A program made the position numbers and the translations under genes. A stretch of 64,000 nt of DNA from Welwitschia mirabilis (taxonomy: Eukaryota). Shown here one piece after another: positions 50,701 through 64,000 of the stretch. The stretch covers positions 3,138,870 through 3,202,869 of the forward strand of contig JBOZIK010000001.1 in assembly GCA_051453625.1 (NCBI GenBank). The letters are read 5' to 3'. The notes below the pieces were generated by a model. That model saw only the letters and a program-made list of their open reading frames with translations, searched no databases and was not told the origin of the DNA. Each line of letters begins with the position of its first letter. Position 1 is the first letter of the stretch.

Positions 50701-51610
50701 ACACAACGACTAGTCATCACAAAGCAAGAAGGCTACTTGTGTTGATTGCACAGTAGCAAGGAGTAGATGAAGAAGCTTCACCAGCAACAACAATAAGGAT
50801 AACCACAATAACATAGTGACTTTAGAAAGGATATGGGTTGCAAATGAAAGGCTCACAAGGAAACAAAGAAGAGACATCGTGGAGGAAGTAATTGTTACTG
50901 CCGAAGCAAACTCCCAAGAAGACAGTACATCTAGGATATTGAGCAAACCAATAGTGATCATTATGGCAGATCAAACAACCAATAGAAGCATCACATCAAT
51001 CAAACAAGAGGCATGCTAGACATTACTAGCTTTCTACCCGACTAAGTAGTGGGCTACTAGCTAAGGCATGGATAGCAAGCTGAGAGTGGATTTTTGTTAA
51101 TGAAAAATTTGGTTGAAACTTGATCTAAATTATGACACAAAAACGTTCATTTTTGTGAGAGATAACCAACATAGCACACACAAAGATGAAACGCTATTAT
51201 AAAAATGAATCAAATGTCTATTGATGAATATGACAATAAAGGTGACTTTGATCTCTTCCTCACAGACATCTAGCTAAATGAAATGAACACAGACATGGAA
51301 ACATAGAGAGAAATGATGGTTTTTACAGCTTGTACATCTAGGACATGACAAAGTAATTGTTCTCATTGCCTTCCGCCCCTCCCTTTTTAATGTAAGAAGT
51401 AAATTCATGGGAAACTGTACCCCCTTGTCAAGCTCACCGATCTACTTAGCTGGATGAAAACCTTTACACAGTCCCTCCCAACCAAAAAGTTGGCCACCAA
51501 ATGTATGGCTCTTGACTATGAATCCTACTCAAAGCGTTGGAGCACATGCCAAGAGTGCCTTCAATACAAGGGTAGAACCACAGGCCAATGTTATGTGGAT
51601 TTCATTTTAA
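47800..51610 (-). repeat. Three dispersed copies of a ~120-200 bp repeat (about 47800-48000, 49000-49200, 51485-51610), possibly a SINE
   Basis: Shared blocks GGnCACCAAATGT and TnAATACAnGnGnAnAACCACA. The minus strand of the 49000 copy has box-B-like GGCTTCAAGTCC. Confidence 0.5.
48390..48740. repeat. ~210-bp-period tandem duplication (second unit partial)
   Basis: TTTTCACTCAnTTCTCTCAAGGGnCAnAGGACATCATATCTTnTTACATC occurs near 48395 and 48605. Confidence 0.8.
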
Positions 51611-52622
51611 AATCTTGTTGAAAAGATCCCCAAGAAAAGAAACAGCCTAAACTCACTAAGGTCAGCTGCTTGCTTGACTAGATTAAAGGCTATAATATAT
51701 CCTAAAATATTAAACCAAAAAGAAATATATCCCTCTATTTGCTATAAAAGTACAGCATTCAGCAAATTTACTTGTTTGCTTCGCCAGATGAAGAGGCACA
51801 GCATATTCTAATATATTAAACAAAAAAGAGAAATAAATCCACTTGCTCGCTATATAAATGTATATTACAAAGTTTCTATAATATTTTTTCCCAGGCCCAA
51901 TATTTTTTCGCGGCGTATAGCTGTTCAGTAGTGACATACTAGCACCAAGCAGAAAGTTGAGGATCATAGCTAAAAGGAAAATAATTAAAAAGTAGGACAT
52001 TAATAACGCTAAGATGACGATGACGAAAATGAAGATCGTAATGACTTTTTTCGTGAACTCACAACTTAGGACAATCTTTAGCACACTGAGGCATCAAATC
52101 TACTAATTACAAGCTGTCGACCTCACATCCATGTTCATTGATGAAATGCTATACCAGATTCCGATGAGGCTATAACCAGTTGCTTCCATGACTCATGACA
52201 TAACTCAAGTCTCTGGACAACACAAGGAATTAAACTGCCGCAATCTCCACCCAAAACACTTACAAAAACAAACATAGCTTTAACAATAAGACAAAGTCAA
52301 ACAAACAAATAAGTGGCATATCATGATTCAAATATCTGCCGAGATTTCTACTCGAGAATCACTCAAGCAAGCCAAGCATAATTTGAATAACTCCCTTGTA
52401 ACAGGCAAATTATTATAAGCCTATGGAGAACTTATAAGATAGAAAACTCAAACCCTAGTTTTGGGAATTGTTAACAAACGGCAACGATATCCATTTAGTG
52501 ATACAAGCAAGCAAAGACGAATGCTCCGCTAAATCGCAGAAAGAATATGAGCAATTACTTAGCAGAGGATACATTACATAAAACAATAAGCTAACTTACA
52601 ACAGGAAAGTGTAGAGAATTAC

Positions 52623-52685
52623 CAGATTAGTAGGCTCTAAAACTGCGGTTAAAGCCGCCTCGACAGTTTCTTTTGTGACTCCCAT
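52623..52685 (-). CDS. BOLA2: BolA2 exon 1
   Basis: ATG at 52685-52683, translating MGVTKETVEAALTAVLEPTNL, then a GTAATT donor. It matches the BolA2 N-terminus (MxVTKExVEAxL). The total CDS is 63+23+166 = 252 nt, or 83 aa plus stop. Confidence 0.92.
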
Positions 52686-55199
52686 GCCTTCTGCTTACTG
52701 ACTTGCCAACGATGCGCAAAGGCTGCTTCAGACTTTAGGTCGTGGAAAAGAGATACTTAATGCTATTCAAAAGGAATAAGACTGTCATAATTGTCATATT
52801 AGGGCACCAGAATATCCCGCCGAAAGGTCTGACGGAAAATCTGAGCATTGTTGTCATAAAAGAGTTTATAGAATATCCTGCAAAAAGCTCTGTAACTATT
52901 TTTTTGGGTTTAAACATATATGTATATTTTTTTGTGAATAAGAAACTTTTAGTGATTGTATGGTCACTATGATGAATGATTTAATTATATGCTTTATAGT
53001 GTGTTGAGTATAGCATTGAAAAATTGAAACTCATGATTTTTTTGAAGAAAGGATGAGTGTCCCACGAGTTAGACTACCACCCATTAGATGAAAGTTGTAA
53101 TGTTTTTATGATGGAGTATTATATCATCTAGATTTTTATTAAACTGGATTAGTATTTAGAGCAGTAATATAAATGTCGGCAATTAGTTTATGTTGACAGC
53201 TTGAAAAAGTTGTGTCAAACAGACACGTTGTCATCTTAATGTACAACATTGGTGTAAAATTTTGGTAATTATTTTACTTTTAAAATTTAAGGAAGTTTAA
53301 ACTTTACAAAATTTATAAACAATATAAGCTAAAAACAATTAAAAATAAGCATTTCAAAAGAATTCAAAGTACATAGACAATTAAAAACTCAAATATTATG
53401 TGGAAATGTTATTCATCACACAAAATTTGTTGAATACTATTGTATTTATTAATTTATCCAAAAAAGTAGAATTTGTGGAAAAAACATGCAACATTAAAAT
53501 GTTCAAACCATAATAACACTGGTTGTTCATTACATGCAGAAGTTTGGTAACCTTGTAAATATTGCTTTATTTACATTGCATTTTTATTTTGAGTGTTTTA
53601 TGATTATATTATAGGTAGAAAATATTTATAATGTGAATATAAAAATATCTGCATTAACTTTTGAGAAAAGACATTTTAAAGGTTAAAAATATGTCCCTAT
53701 TGTATTGTACATTCAAACACAATATTATGTGCATTGCTTTTTTTTGTTTCCCTCCAAATAGGAACATACAAAAAGATTTTTTGGGAGTAATACTAGTGAT
53801 CGCTTCTTAGTGCACTACATAGCCTTCAGTACTAAGCTATGGAAAGCTTGTGAGAAATTGCCAAAGATAATAGAACCTCTTCTTTGGCAAAATGGCAGTG
53901 AAGACTATAGTAGACAAGCCTTGCTGCTAGCTTCAAATTCATTGCTAGATAGGTTGGCTAAAAGTTAATCCTACTAGCTAGCTGCCAATAAAGAGTATAC
54001 TAGCAACCCCCTATTATATGGTTTTAAATATGCAATCTCCACCTTAAAAGGAAATTGACTTAACCATTTGGGTAGGACATAATGTAGATATGAAGAATAT
54101 AGATGAAGTATAACATGAACTAAAGTTTTACAAAAAGTGTTTTTCTAACATTTATGGTTTGATCTTCATATATCTTTTGCCTTGTTTATTGCTTCTTATT
54201 CCATTTTTTATTGTTTAAATACAAATGCTTTATATTCTTTTCTACTATCATTTAATAGTTAATTGAATAAGTTGATGATGTTTCATATGGATAATTAGTA
54301 TGTAGGGTTTGTTAAAGAATATATATATATGTTATTGGAGGCATTGAATTTATTGTTTGTCTTCCTTCTTTCATTGATAGTTTCTTAAAAATATTTAGTT
54401 AATTAGTGCTTTCATCATAGGTTTAAATAAGTTTTAACATTCATGGTATGATTTCTTATCATAGAGTATTTTGAATGTCATATATTGCAAGCACAACAAA
54501 ATGTGGAGGAGTTGCATGATTTCTTTCATCTATTTTCCTAAAAGCAGTATTAGTTTAGTGGATTTGACGAAGAAACTTGCTATGAGAAAATGTAATAGAT
54601 AATTTAAAAAAATATATTTATAATTATTTATCCATATATCAGTTTATATAAATAATGCTAAGGACATAAGAAAAGTAATATCAAGCACACGAGGAGTTGG
54701 CTCTTAAACGTCCAAGCCTCCTTGTGATTCATTTCTAAGACATCGAAGTTCACATCTTGGTTCATGTTACATACATGAATAAAATTAGAACTCAATCCAC
54801 ACAACATTAGAGTAAAACCTAAGACATTAAAGTTCATAACTTATTATAAAACATACTTATAAGAATTAACAAATGTAAATGTAAATGATCAGATGAGAAG
54901 CTTTATGATCTTATCCCTCCCTTTTCCTAAATTTCATGTTACCTTTGTGAGTTCAAAGAAGAAAAGTAATTCACAAGGAAAAAATCTAAACTAGATATAT
55001 GAAATAAAATATTTAATAATTGGTTATAAATTTATGAAATTATATAAATTATTTAATAAAATACATCAATGACGCTAGAGTTACGTACAATATTATGCAA
55101 CATCTTTATCAATAGTTGCAAACATAAGTGTAAATGATCACTTGAAGAAAGAAATTAACAAGATATAAGTAGGAAGAATTTTATTCATATAATATATTA

Positions 55200-58100
55200 C
55201 TTATTTAAATTTGATGGGTATACAAAGCATATATATGTGAATGATAATATGAATAGAGATTTAAATGTTAAATCAGTAAGAATTAAGACATAAATTTTAT
55301 ATATGTTTACCCCTTAATTATGCTTATTTTGACATTTGATATTTTTATTTATCATATTTTATATATGCGTTTACATTATGATCCAAAATCACCAAAAGTA
55401 TAGTTTGTGCTACTCTACATATTATTTTCATCAACATATCTATGCCAAAAAGTAGGACCTCTCAAACCCACTTAGATCAAGCCAAAAATCTTAGTTGTCA
55501 TGCTACAAGAATTCAATTCCTTATGTTGGAGTTATATAAAGTTTGAATCTAAGATTTTGATGGATTCTTTTTACTGTCTGTTGGGCTAGACTTTCATTTT
55601 AAGATAACTGATAAGATACATTTAATGATATATTTGTATTGTGACCTTGTTAACACATGTTACTACCCATGTACTATACCTATGATTTCATAAGCCATTT
55701 TTCTAGGACGGTGGTGTGCTTCAACTTGTAGTTATATATTCTTATAATCGTGTTTATAATGAAACCAACTGATATATTTGATGATTTTTCTTTATCATAT
55801 TGTTATTCTTTACTAAGGGTTTGCATGATTATTTAAGCCCTTAAGGGATTAGTTCTTTGATATATGAAGACCTACATTTATTAATCTTTTATCATTTATG
55901 CATTATTGTAATAATTGATACTATTCATCTTCAATAGGAAATTGATCTCTAATTGTGATCAATTGATGTTTATTTGCATGATCTAATATTTTATTTCTTT
56001 TCTTACTTATGCATTTAACATTTAATAAGTAATTTTATTTTTTTATAGTAGTTCATCTTTCCAATAAAAATAAATTATAAACATCACATAATTGTCATAG
56101 TTATTGAGGAATGAATAAAAAATTGATTTATTGTAGTATACAAAACTAATTGTAAGCTCTATCTAACATTTTGATTACTCTATATTACCAGTAAATGGAC
56201 ACCTTACCACGATTATAACATTGAATTATACCTTTACTTCTTTTACTTCTATAATCATTAATTCAACAATTAAATTTTGAGCATTATATTCTCTTTATAG
56301 AGGAACAACATTCTCACTATTATTAATTTGGCTCTACTACACTATAGTTATAAAATTTGGCATTGTTGTTGGGAAGTATTTGGTAATACATCCCTTTAAT
56401 TATCATACTTTATAATTTTATTAATTTTTTAAATATTATTGCATTCTAAAATCACATGTACATATTAACACTAATGACTCAAGAGAATGAATCTATATAT
56501 AGACATGAAGATATATTTTATTTTTTTTACTATAATTCTAAAATTTAAGGTTTTGAATTCATCATCAAACCTTGATGTACTATTTTTTGAATCCTAACCC
56601 TTTGTTTCACATGTTGTGTGTCCTAATATGATATTTATTTGATATTAAATCAGTACTTTTTTGAAAATTTCTATAAATTGTACATTAAATTTGTGATATT
56701 TGTAATTCTCTGATGTTGTTAGATATTAGATTTAGAGTTTGGATTTTTCTCTTTTACACATGCTTAGTTTTCTAAAACTTTTCTATATCTGTTATTAGAA
56801 AATCTTTGAAATCTTATTTTCTTTAAGCAATTATGTTTTGTTTGTATTTTTCATTTTCAAATAAATTACTCTACTTCTTTCTTTGTGATAGTAATCTTTT
56901 TGATCTTAATGTTTTTATATCATCACATTTGTTCATCTATTAATATCATTAATTGTAATAAAGATGATTATGAATTATCAATTGTAATCATGGCTTCCTT
57001 TTCTAAAAACCATATGGTTTAAAATAAATATACAAACATTAATATTTAGAAACCTCAAATTCATGTAAAACTTATGTTTTGAAACCTAAATCAATCTTGA
57101 ACTTGCATAACCATATCAAATAATGTGAGAAGTCATTAGTTTAAACCTTTCTTGATTAATTCTCTTTCAACATATGGAAGTTTAAAGCATGAATATCACC
57201 ACTCGTACATTCAAGAATATGAAATTCTTATCCTTGCATTTGAAAACTATGTACTTCAGTAAATTGAAGATGCAAAATTAGTACTTTTCAATAAGAGACT
57301 TATGAAAAAGGTTAAATAAGAGTATATATCTTTAAAACCTTGAATAAAACTTGGGATATGTAAAACATGATTTTTCTTGAAACATTTCTTTCATACATAT
57401 AAGACATAAACACTTAGAAGAGATATCATGTATTAAAGAGGTATTAAAAAATACTTTTTATAATACATTTAATGAATTTAGAAAAAAACCTTTTATAATG
57501 CACTTAATACATTAAAAGATATAGTGATAAAATCTCCAAAACATAATTATGAGTACTTCTAGAATTTGTTAATCTCACATGCTAGGCAATTCTTAAAAAT
57601 TATAATGATAAGTAAATTTGTAGGAAAGATTGTATATAAATCTTGAAAATTCATAGAAAACTTCAATGAAAATTTTGGAAAGTAGAAAACACCAAATGTA
57701 GTCATAAATAAAAATAAAAAATGAAAATATTATAGTATTTTTAATATAGGTAATATTCCTAGAATTAGTTAAAATTTTAAGAAAATGTTCCCAAAAATTA
57801 AAAGTTCAAAACTTAGTACTTCAAATCCAAGCAAGGTATGTGTTACATCTATGAGTGATATGCATAACATTAAATAATGTCCCTTAATTCCATATTTCCA
57901 AGATGTTGTAGCTAAAGAAGTTAAAGTAATTAACATATTTAAAAAAGAATCCCATTTACTTTAGCAGATAATCCCAATTGAAGAAAACATTCTAACTTAT
58001 TGTAAATCAACAAAGTGTGACTAATTTTTTAACAACCCACATGATCAAAAATATAACTCTCATAGTGACCTATGCAAAAAGAACCATAGCTACACCAACA

Positions 58101-58420
58101 AATAAATGGAAATAACATAGAAAACATCTTTATTAAATTCATGACATTATAAAATAAAATTTAAAAACTAATATACTAGATTTTTTAGCATAGAATAGAG
58201 AATGTAATAATTTCTTAATTATTATCCACATATAAAGGAAATCAAAGAAATAATCAAAATCAACATGGAAGTTAAGTAAGAATTATAGAAACACAAGGGG
58301 AAAATAACTAATACAAACTAATTCTATTACAATTAAAAGTGAAAAATAATATATAAAAGGTAAAAGCTTCAAACTTAGTAAAATCAAAAGAAGTTTCTCT
58401 ACTAATCAAAGTTTAGTTTC
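55200..58420 (+). mobile_element. Athila-like Ty3/gypsy 5' half (LTR, PBS, decayed gag), extremely AT-shifted
   Basis: PBS TGGCATTGTTGTTGGGAA at 56358-56375 is a deaminated form of the Athila-type TGGCGCCGTTGCCGGGGA. Gag-like PHSYIQEYE...DAKLVLF...ISLKP lies at about 57195-57400. The 5' boundary is approximate. Confidence 0.65.
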
Positions 58421-58429
58421 ATTGGAAGT

Positions 58430-61400
58430 TAAATAATGAAGGTAGATGCAGAAAGCAAGAGAAGTGCATAATTAAGATCAAGAAGAATAGGCTTGGATAG
58501 AGCAATAGTGGCTTGCAGGGAGGGTTGCAAGGCATACAGAGCATTTTCGGCATCAGATGGATTGTTATTACGAAAGAGGGAATTTACAATTAAGGTTTTA
58601 CTTTGGTGTTTTGACGATTTATTTCTTTATAAACAGAGCTCCGTAAAAAGGGATAAAGTGAAGTTCTCCAAGGATGGTAGCATGTTGGTATTAGATGTAG
58701 ATGACAATGATGATGTCTAAATAGGGAAAAAATTCTAGTTTAGCCATATACGTAAGTTTATTTCTTCAGGACTTGGTCAATATTGGACCTTATTAGAGAT
58801 TAGGTAGTCACGCAATGGATAAGAGTTAGTAGACTCCAAGATATTATCCTACTAGAGGGCCTAGTGCTATTTCAATTTGATAATGAAAAGTACAGAGATA
58901 AAGTGATAGCAAGAAGCCCACGATTCTTTGTAGTAAGAGGACTTGCTTTATCTAAATGGATACTAGAGGCACAATTAAACCTAATCTATTCCAAAACCTT
59001 TCAATTTGGATTAGGATCTTCAAGTTCCTAGTGGAATTCTAGGATAAGAAGTTACTATAAACTATAGCCTTCTAATTCAAAGAACTCATTACGCTTGACT
59101 GAATCACTATAAAGAAAACAAGGTTATTCCTTGTTAGGTTTTATGTTTGGATTTTGAGATAGCTAAATAAACTTAATCCATCAGATTCTAATCTAAATGG
59201 GTGAATGCATACTAAGCATTGGATATGAAAAACTTACCATTAGTATGTGGATCAAGTAGGAAGTTAGGGAATCCACTTGGTAGGTGCNNNNNNNNNNNNN
59301 NNNNNNNNNNNNNNNNNNNNNNNNNNNNNNNNNNNNNNNNNNNNNNNNNNNNNNNNNNNNNNNNNNNNNNNNNNNNNNNNNNNNNNNNNNNNNNNNNNNN
59401 NNNNNNNNNNNNNNNNNNNNNNNNNNNNNNNNNNNNNNNNNNNNNNNNNNNNNNNNNNNNNNNNNNNNNNNNNNNNNNNNNNNNNNNNNNNNNNNNNNNN
59501 NNNNNNNNNNNNNNNNNNNNNNNNNNNNNNNNNNNNNNNNNNNNNNNNNNNNNNNNNNNNNNNNNNNNNNNNNNNNNNNNNNNNNNNNNNNNNNNNNNNN
59601 NNNNNNNNNNNNNNNNNNNNNNNNNNNNNNNNNNNNNNNNNNNNNNNNNNNNNNNNNNNNNNNNNNNNNNNNNNNNNNNNNNNNNNNNNNNNNNNNNNNN
59701 NNNNNNNNNNNNNNNNNNNNNNNNNNNNNNNNNNNNNNNNNNNNNNNNNNNNNNNNNNNNNNNNNNNNNNNNNNNNNNNNNNNNNNNNNNNNNNNNNNNN
59801 NNNNNNNNNNNNNNNNNNNNNNNNNNNNNNNNNNNNNNNNNNNNNNNNNNNNNNNNNNNNNNNNNNNNNNNNNNNNNNNNNNNNNNNNNNNNNNNNNNNN
59901 NNNNNNNNNNNNNNNNNNNNNNNNNNNNNNNNNNNNNNNNNNNNNNNNNNNNNNNNNNNNNNNNNNNNNNNNNNNNNNNNNNNNNNNNNNNNNNNNNNNN
60001 NNNNNNNNNNNNNNNNNNNNNNNNNNNNNNNNNNNNNNNNNNNNNNNNNNNNNNNNNNNNNNNNNNNNNNNNNNNNNNNNNNNNNNNNNNNNNNNNNNNN
60101 NNNNNNNNNNNNNNNNNNNNNNNNNNNNNNNNNNNNNNNNNNNNNNNNNNNNNNNNNNNNNNNNNNNNNNNNNNNNNNNNNNNNNNNNNNNNNNNNNNNN
60201 NNNNNNNNNNNNNNNNNNNNNNNNNNNNNNNNNNNNNNNNNNNNNNNNNNNNNNNNNNNNNNNNNNNNNNNNNNNNNNNAGAAAACATGTTCATACTACA
60301 GGAAGAAGGGTTACTCTAGGAAGGAATTAAGGAAAATATAGGTTAAGGTAGAGAACAAAAAAAGATCCACATACCTTCTATAGAAAATCCAAATACAAGC
60401 TCAAAGAATGGAAAAAGAGGATAACCAAAACTATAACCCATTTCAACCCTTAAAAACTGACAAGAAAGAGAAAGAACAACCATTAAGAAATCATAAGGAT
60501 AATATTTAAGTGAGTGACATTGAGAAGCACACTAAGAGGATACCAAGTAACAAAGTCTTGAGGGATAGTTAAATATCTCAGAAAATGTGGTGAATAATGC
60601 TCATGCAATGATTGAAAATACATTAAAAAAGAAGTTGGAGCATCAAATAACAGATGAAAATCAACTTAAGGGATTGTCTCACATGGAATTGTAGGGATCT
60701 AGGATTCCTCTATAAAAAATAGACCCTAGTTATTATTATCATAAATAATAATATTAATTTCACTTATTTTCAAGAAACCAAGATAAACTATTACAAAGAT
60801 ATAAGAAGGTTTTGGTAGGACTAGAATATTTTCACTATGAATATGAAAGGGATATTAAGAGGGGTTATGATTCTAACTAGGAAAGAAGCAAATCTGATTT
60901 ACAGTGACTAACATGATATATCCATTTATCTTAGGGAAGAGGATTGGGTCATAATAAATATCTATGACTTACAAACTCATATAAATAAGTCTTTAATAAA
61001 CTACCAAATGCAATCACAAATAAGAAAAGATGAATGGTGGTATCAAACTTCAATTAGAGGCTACATAGATGGGAAAAGATAGAAGGGAATAATTAGAAAA
61101 AATAAGGGAAAAGATAGATGAAGAGAGCTAACCTGGTCATGTTCATAATAGATAGAATTATGATATGAAGAGAGATTACAAGTAAAATATTAATCAAAGC
61201 ATGAGATCTTAATAGAATCACTTCAGATCATAAACCCATTATATTTTGAATTGGAATGATTTAACCCACTCTAAATACTTCTTCAAGATGGAAAGGTATT
61301 AGATTGGAAGAGAAGACATAAGAATTTTAATAAAAAGAATCTAAAAGAGTAAGATAAAGCTAGATCTATTATGTTTATATATAGAGGATTGCACATGCTC

Positions 61401-64000
61401 AAAAACTTCTTGGAAGATGGAAAAAGATAAATATTCAGATCCCATAAAGAGCATGAAAAGAAGCTATAAGAGGCTTAGGATGAACAAGAACAATGAGGAG
61501 ATCAGTATAATCTCAGAAAATATAGTTTCCTCCAGAAACTTTGGGAGATTCTTTCAAACGAAAAGAAATATTGAAAAGAAAGATCTATAATTAAATGCTT
61601 ATAGAAGAAAGATAAGTACATCATTTTTTTTTTTTCATTAGGCGAATCAGCACAAAATTATTAATAAGATAAGGAAACTCAGGTTAGGAAACAAAATGGT
61701 AGACAAGGAAGAAGTCATTAAGATGAAAATGAAAAAGCACCTTAAGACTATCTAAGAAAGAAAGGATGTCATCCTAGAGTTGCTAGTCATCAAAAGTAAT
61801 ATTATTAAAGAGGAAAATAAGGGTCTAGATAAACCTATTAATAGGGAAGAGGTAAGAAAAGCTATTAAGTATATAAAAGATAAAACATCCCTAAGGCTAA
61901 ATGATTGGCCCATTGAACTATTTAGAGATTACTTTTCCATTCTAGATGAATACATCCAAGATGTTATATAAGACGTATTTAATAATAATTAAATTTCAAT
62001 GGAGATCAATAAGACAAGAACAGACCATATATCAAATAATATTAAGGCCAATACCCTAGGAGATTAAAAACTAGTTGGAATATGTAATGTACTTTACTGG
62101 ATCTTTGCTAAAAATTATAGTTAACTGTAGCATCCCCTACTTTCCCAAGTTATCTCTTTATACCAACATGGCTTCATTTATTTTAGGAATATCCAAGACT
62201 AAATTTTACTCACTCATGAAATTACTCATTTTAAAAAAAAAAACATATATTCTCTTTGATGCTCACTAAAATTGATATAGCTAAGGCATATGATAGAGTT
62301 AGTTAAAGAGCCTTGGACACCATTTCCAAGAAAATAGGATATAATAAAGACTTCATTAATTTATGGATGAACATATGGGCCTTAGTCAAGTTCTGCCTAG
62401 AGATGAACAATAATAGGTTAGAATACTTTACAGTAGGATAAGGTTTAAGACAAGTAGATCCCTTGTCTTCTTACTTATTTTTGTTTGTTATAGATGTATT
62501 ACAGGAAATGCTATAAAAAATGGAGTTAGAGGAATTAAGATTAGTCAAAAAATTTTTGTAAATAACCACTATGTAGATGATACTATAATCATGATTTAAG
62601 CCTCTTGTCAGGAAGCCAAGGCCAATAGAAATACCATGAAACTATTTATCAGAGTTAGTAGTCTTAAAGCTAATAGGAGCAAAACAAAACTTTACTTTAT
62701 TAGTCAAAATGTTAAATGAAGAGCTAATATCATTCAAATTTATAAGCAAGGAGAAGAGATTAATGATATTGACCTAGAAGATTCTCCTAAAGAATTAGCA
62801 TAAAATATAAACTTGGCAGTACATTCTCAAAAGCATTCAAAGGCAATATGGTACTTGGACCAATACATTTCCATCCTTAAAAGCAAAAGTTATCCTAGAT
62901 AATTTTTACCTTATTTCTTCTATTAGATATATATAACATTCGTTATTATCCCTCCCCTCCCACCAAATTCATCATTGAAAAATTTAATAGAATTCTCAAA
63001 GACTTCATATAGTTAAGGGAAAAGGAGAGAAGTAGAATTCTCCTGTGTAAATGAGACTTCATTGCCCATTCAAATGATTCAGGAGGATGGGGTATTAGAA
63101 TATTATTTATTGATATGTTCTTACCATATTATTAGGAGATTGCAAAAAGGGGAACTATCATGGAGTGAATTAATCAAATATAAGTACAACCTATGGGACA
63201 AAAAGATAGGCAAATCATGCTTATGAAGTCACTTATGTCAGAAGAGCTTTATATCTTAAGAATTACATAGGAAGCATTAATAAAAAGTATAAGTTAGGAA
63301 GAATGTAATATTTTTAGAAAGGATTAAGTATTGATAAAAGCAAGATATTCTTGTGGTTGAAAAAACATGACAAGATTCTAACTGGAGATAATTTAAATAA
63401 AAGAGAGATGTTAGGTCTTCCAAGTATCCCATATGTCAATCCACATCAGATTCTATTAGACACTTGTTTAATGAGTTTACTTTAGAGTTAGTACATTACT
63501 ATCATAATGACAAGTTTATAAAAAGTAAGAAGGAAGTACTATCTTTAACAGAAGAAGGAATTTCACATAACCTCATGGAAGATATGAATGGCTCAAAATC
63601 ACATAATATTTACTAATGTATCACTATTCATCCCAATATATTTAGTTAGAAACCTTAAATGCCACTTTTTTAGAATCAGAGTAGTAAAGTAATGCCTTTA
63701 CATGAGTTAGAGATTCTAGATCTTTATGAGGGGTGCCTAGAGTTATGGACCAAGAAATGGGATGGTAAACACTTTTTTATAAGTTAAAGTGAGAGTCAAA
63801 GGTGGATATCACCTCTTTCTATAGAAGATGGAGGACAATTCCATCAGGTGTAAAAGAACATAAATAGATCTCATGGAAGAATCCCTAGCTAGTTACTTGA
63901 AGGTTCCAACTAAAGAAGAGAAGATTTCCTTGGAAACCAAGGGTAAAGGGAAGTCGATTATTTCTTCATAGATGGTAATCCAAAGCTGTCTAATGGTCAT
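58430..64000 (+). mobile_element. Decayed L1-clade LINE (ORF1 DUF4283-like, endonuclease, RT, zf-RVT), spanning a ~1-kb gap and running off the window
   Basis: ORF1-like LFQFDNEKYRDKVIARSP...LALSKW...IWIRI at about 58860-59160. RT motifs KIDIAKAYDRV (about 62268), GLRQVDPLSSYLF (about 62442) and YVDD (about 62570). zf-RVT-like PICQSTSDSIRHLF at about 63428. Frequent stops. Confidence 0.85.
59288..60279. other. Assembly gap (N run); further gaps at 19116-19215, 22930-23029 and three 10-N runs
   Basis: Runs of n in the sequence. ORF-track entries spanning them are artefacts. Confidence 0.99.

Noticed and set aside
59212-60341. Four long ORFs (348-366 aa) in the ORF track
   Set aside because: They consist almost entirely of X from the N gap. 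The same applies to the ORFs at 19051-19332 and 22782-23036.

Overview
AT-rich, repeat-dense eukaryotic nuclear DNA from a draft assembly with several N gaps. The genes and TE lineages are land-plant type. Long introns and very old, heavily deaminated retroelements would fit a large-genome seed plant such as a gymnosperm, but that is inference. Two host genes converge tail-to-tail. The first is the last three coding exons of a TMEM120/TMPIT-family membrane protein gene (+ strand, 4083-9436, with a 4.9-kb GC-AG intron). The second is a complete three-exon BolA2 gene (- strand, 52685-43670, 83 aa). The ~33 kb between them holds decayed LTR retrotransposons: an ancient full-length Copia with TSD, an Athila-like integrase remnant interrupted by a SIRE-like Copia that itself carries nested insertions, and two copies of a non-autonomous LTR element. 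That element has ~2.3-kb LTRs, a tRNA-iMet PBS and a PPT, and its ~1.6-kb internal region has no recognisable gag/pol but carries a captured, degenerate class III peroxidase sequence. This is the most notable feature. Upstream of BolA2 are an Athila-like 5' half and a decayed L1 LINE that runs off the window. All protein assignments come from manual translation and recalled family motifs, not database searches.
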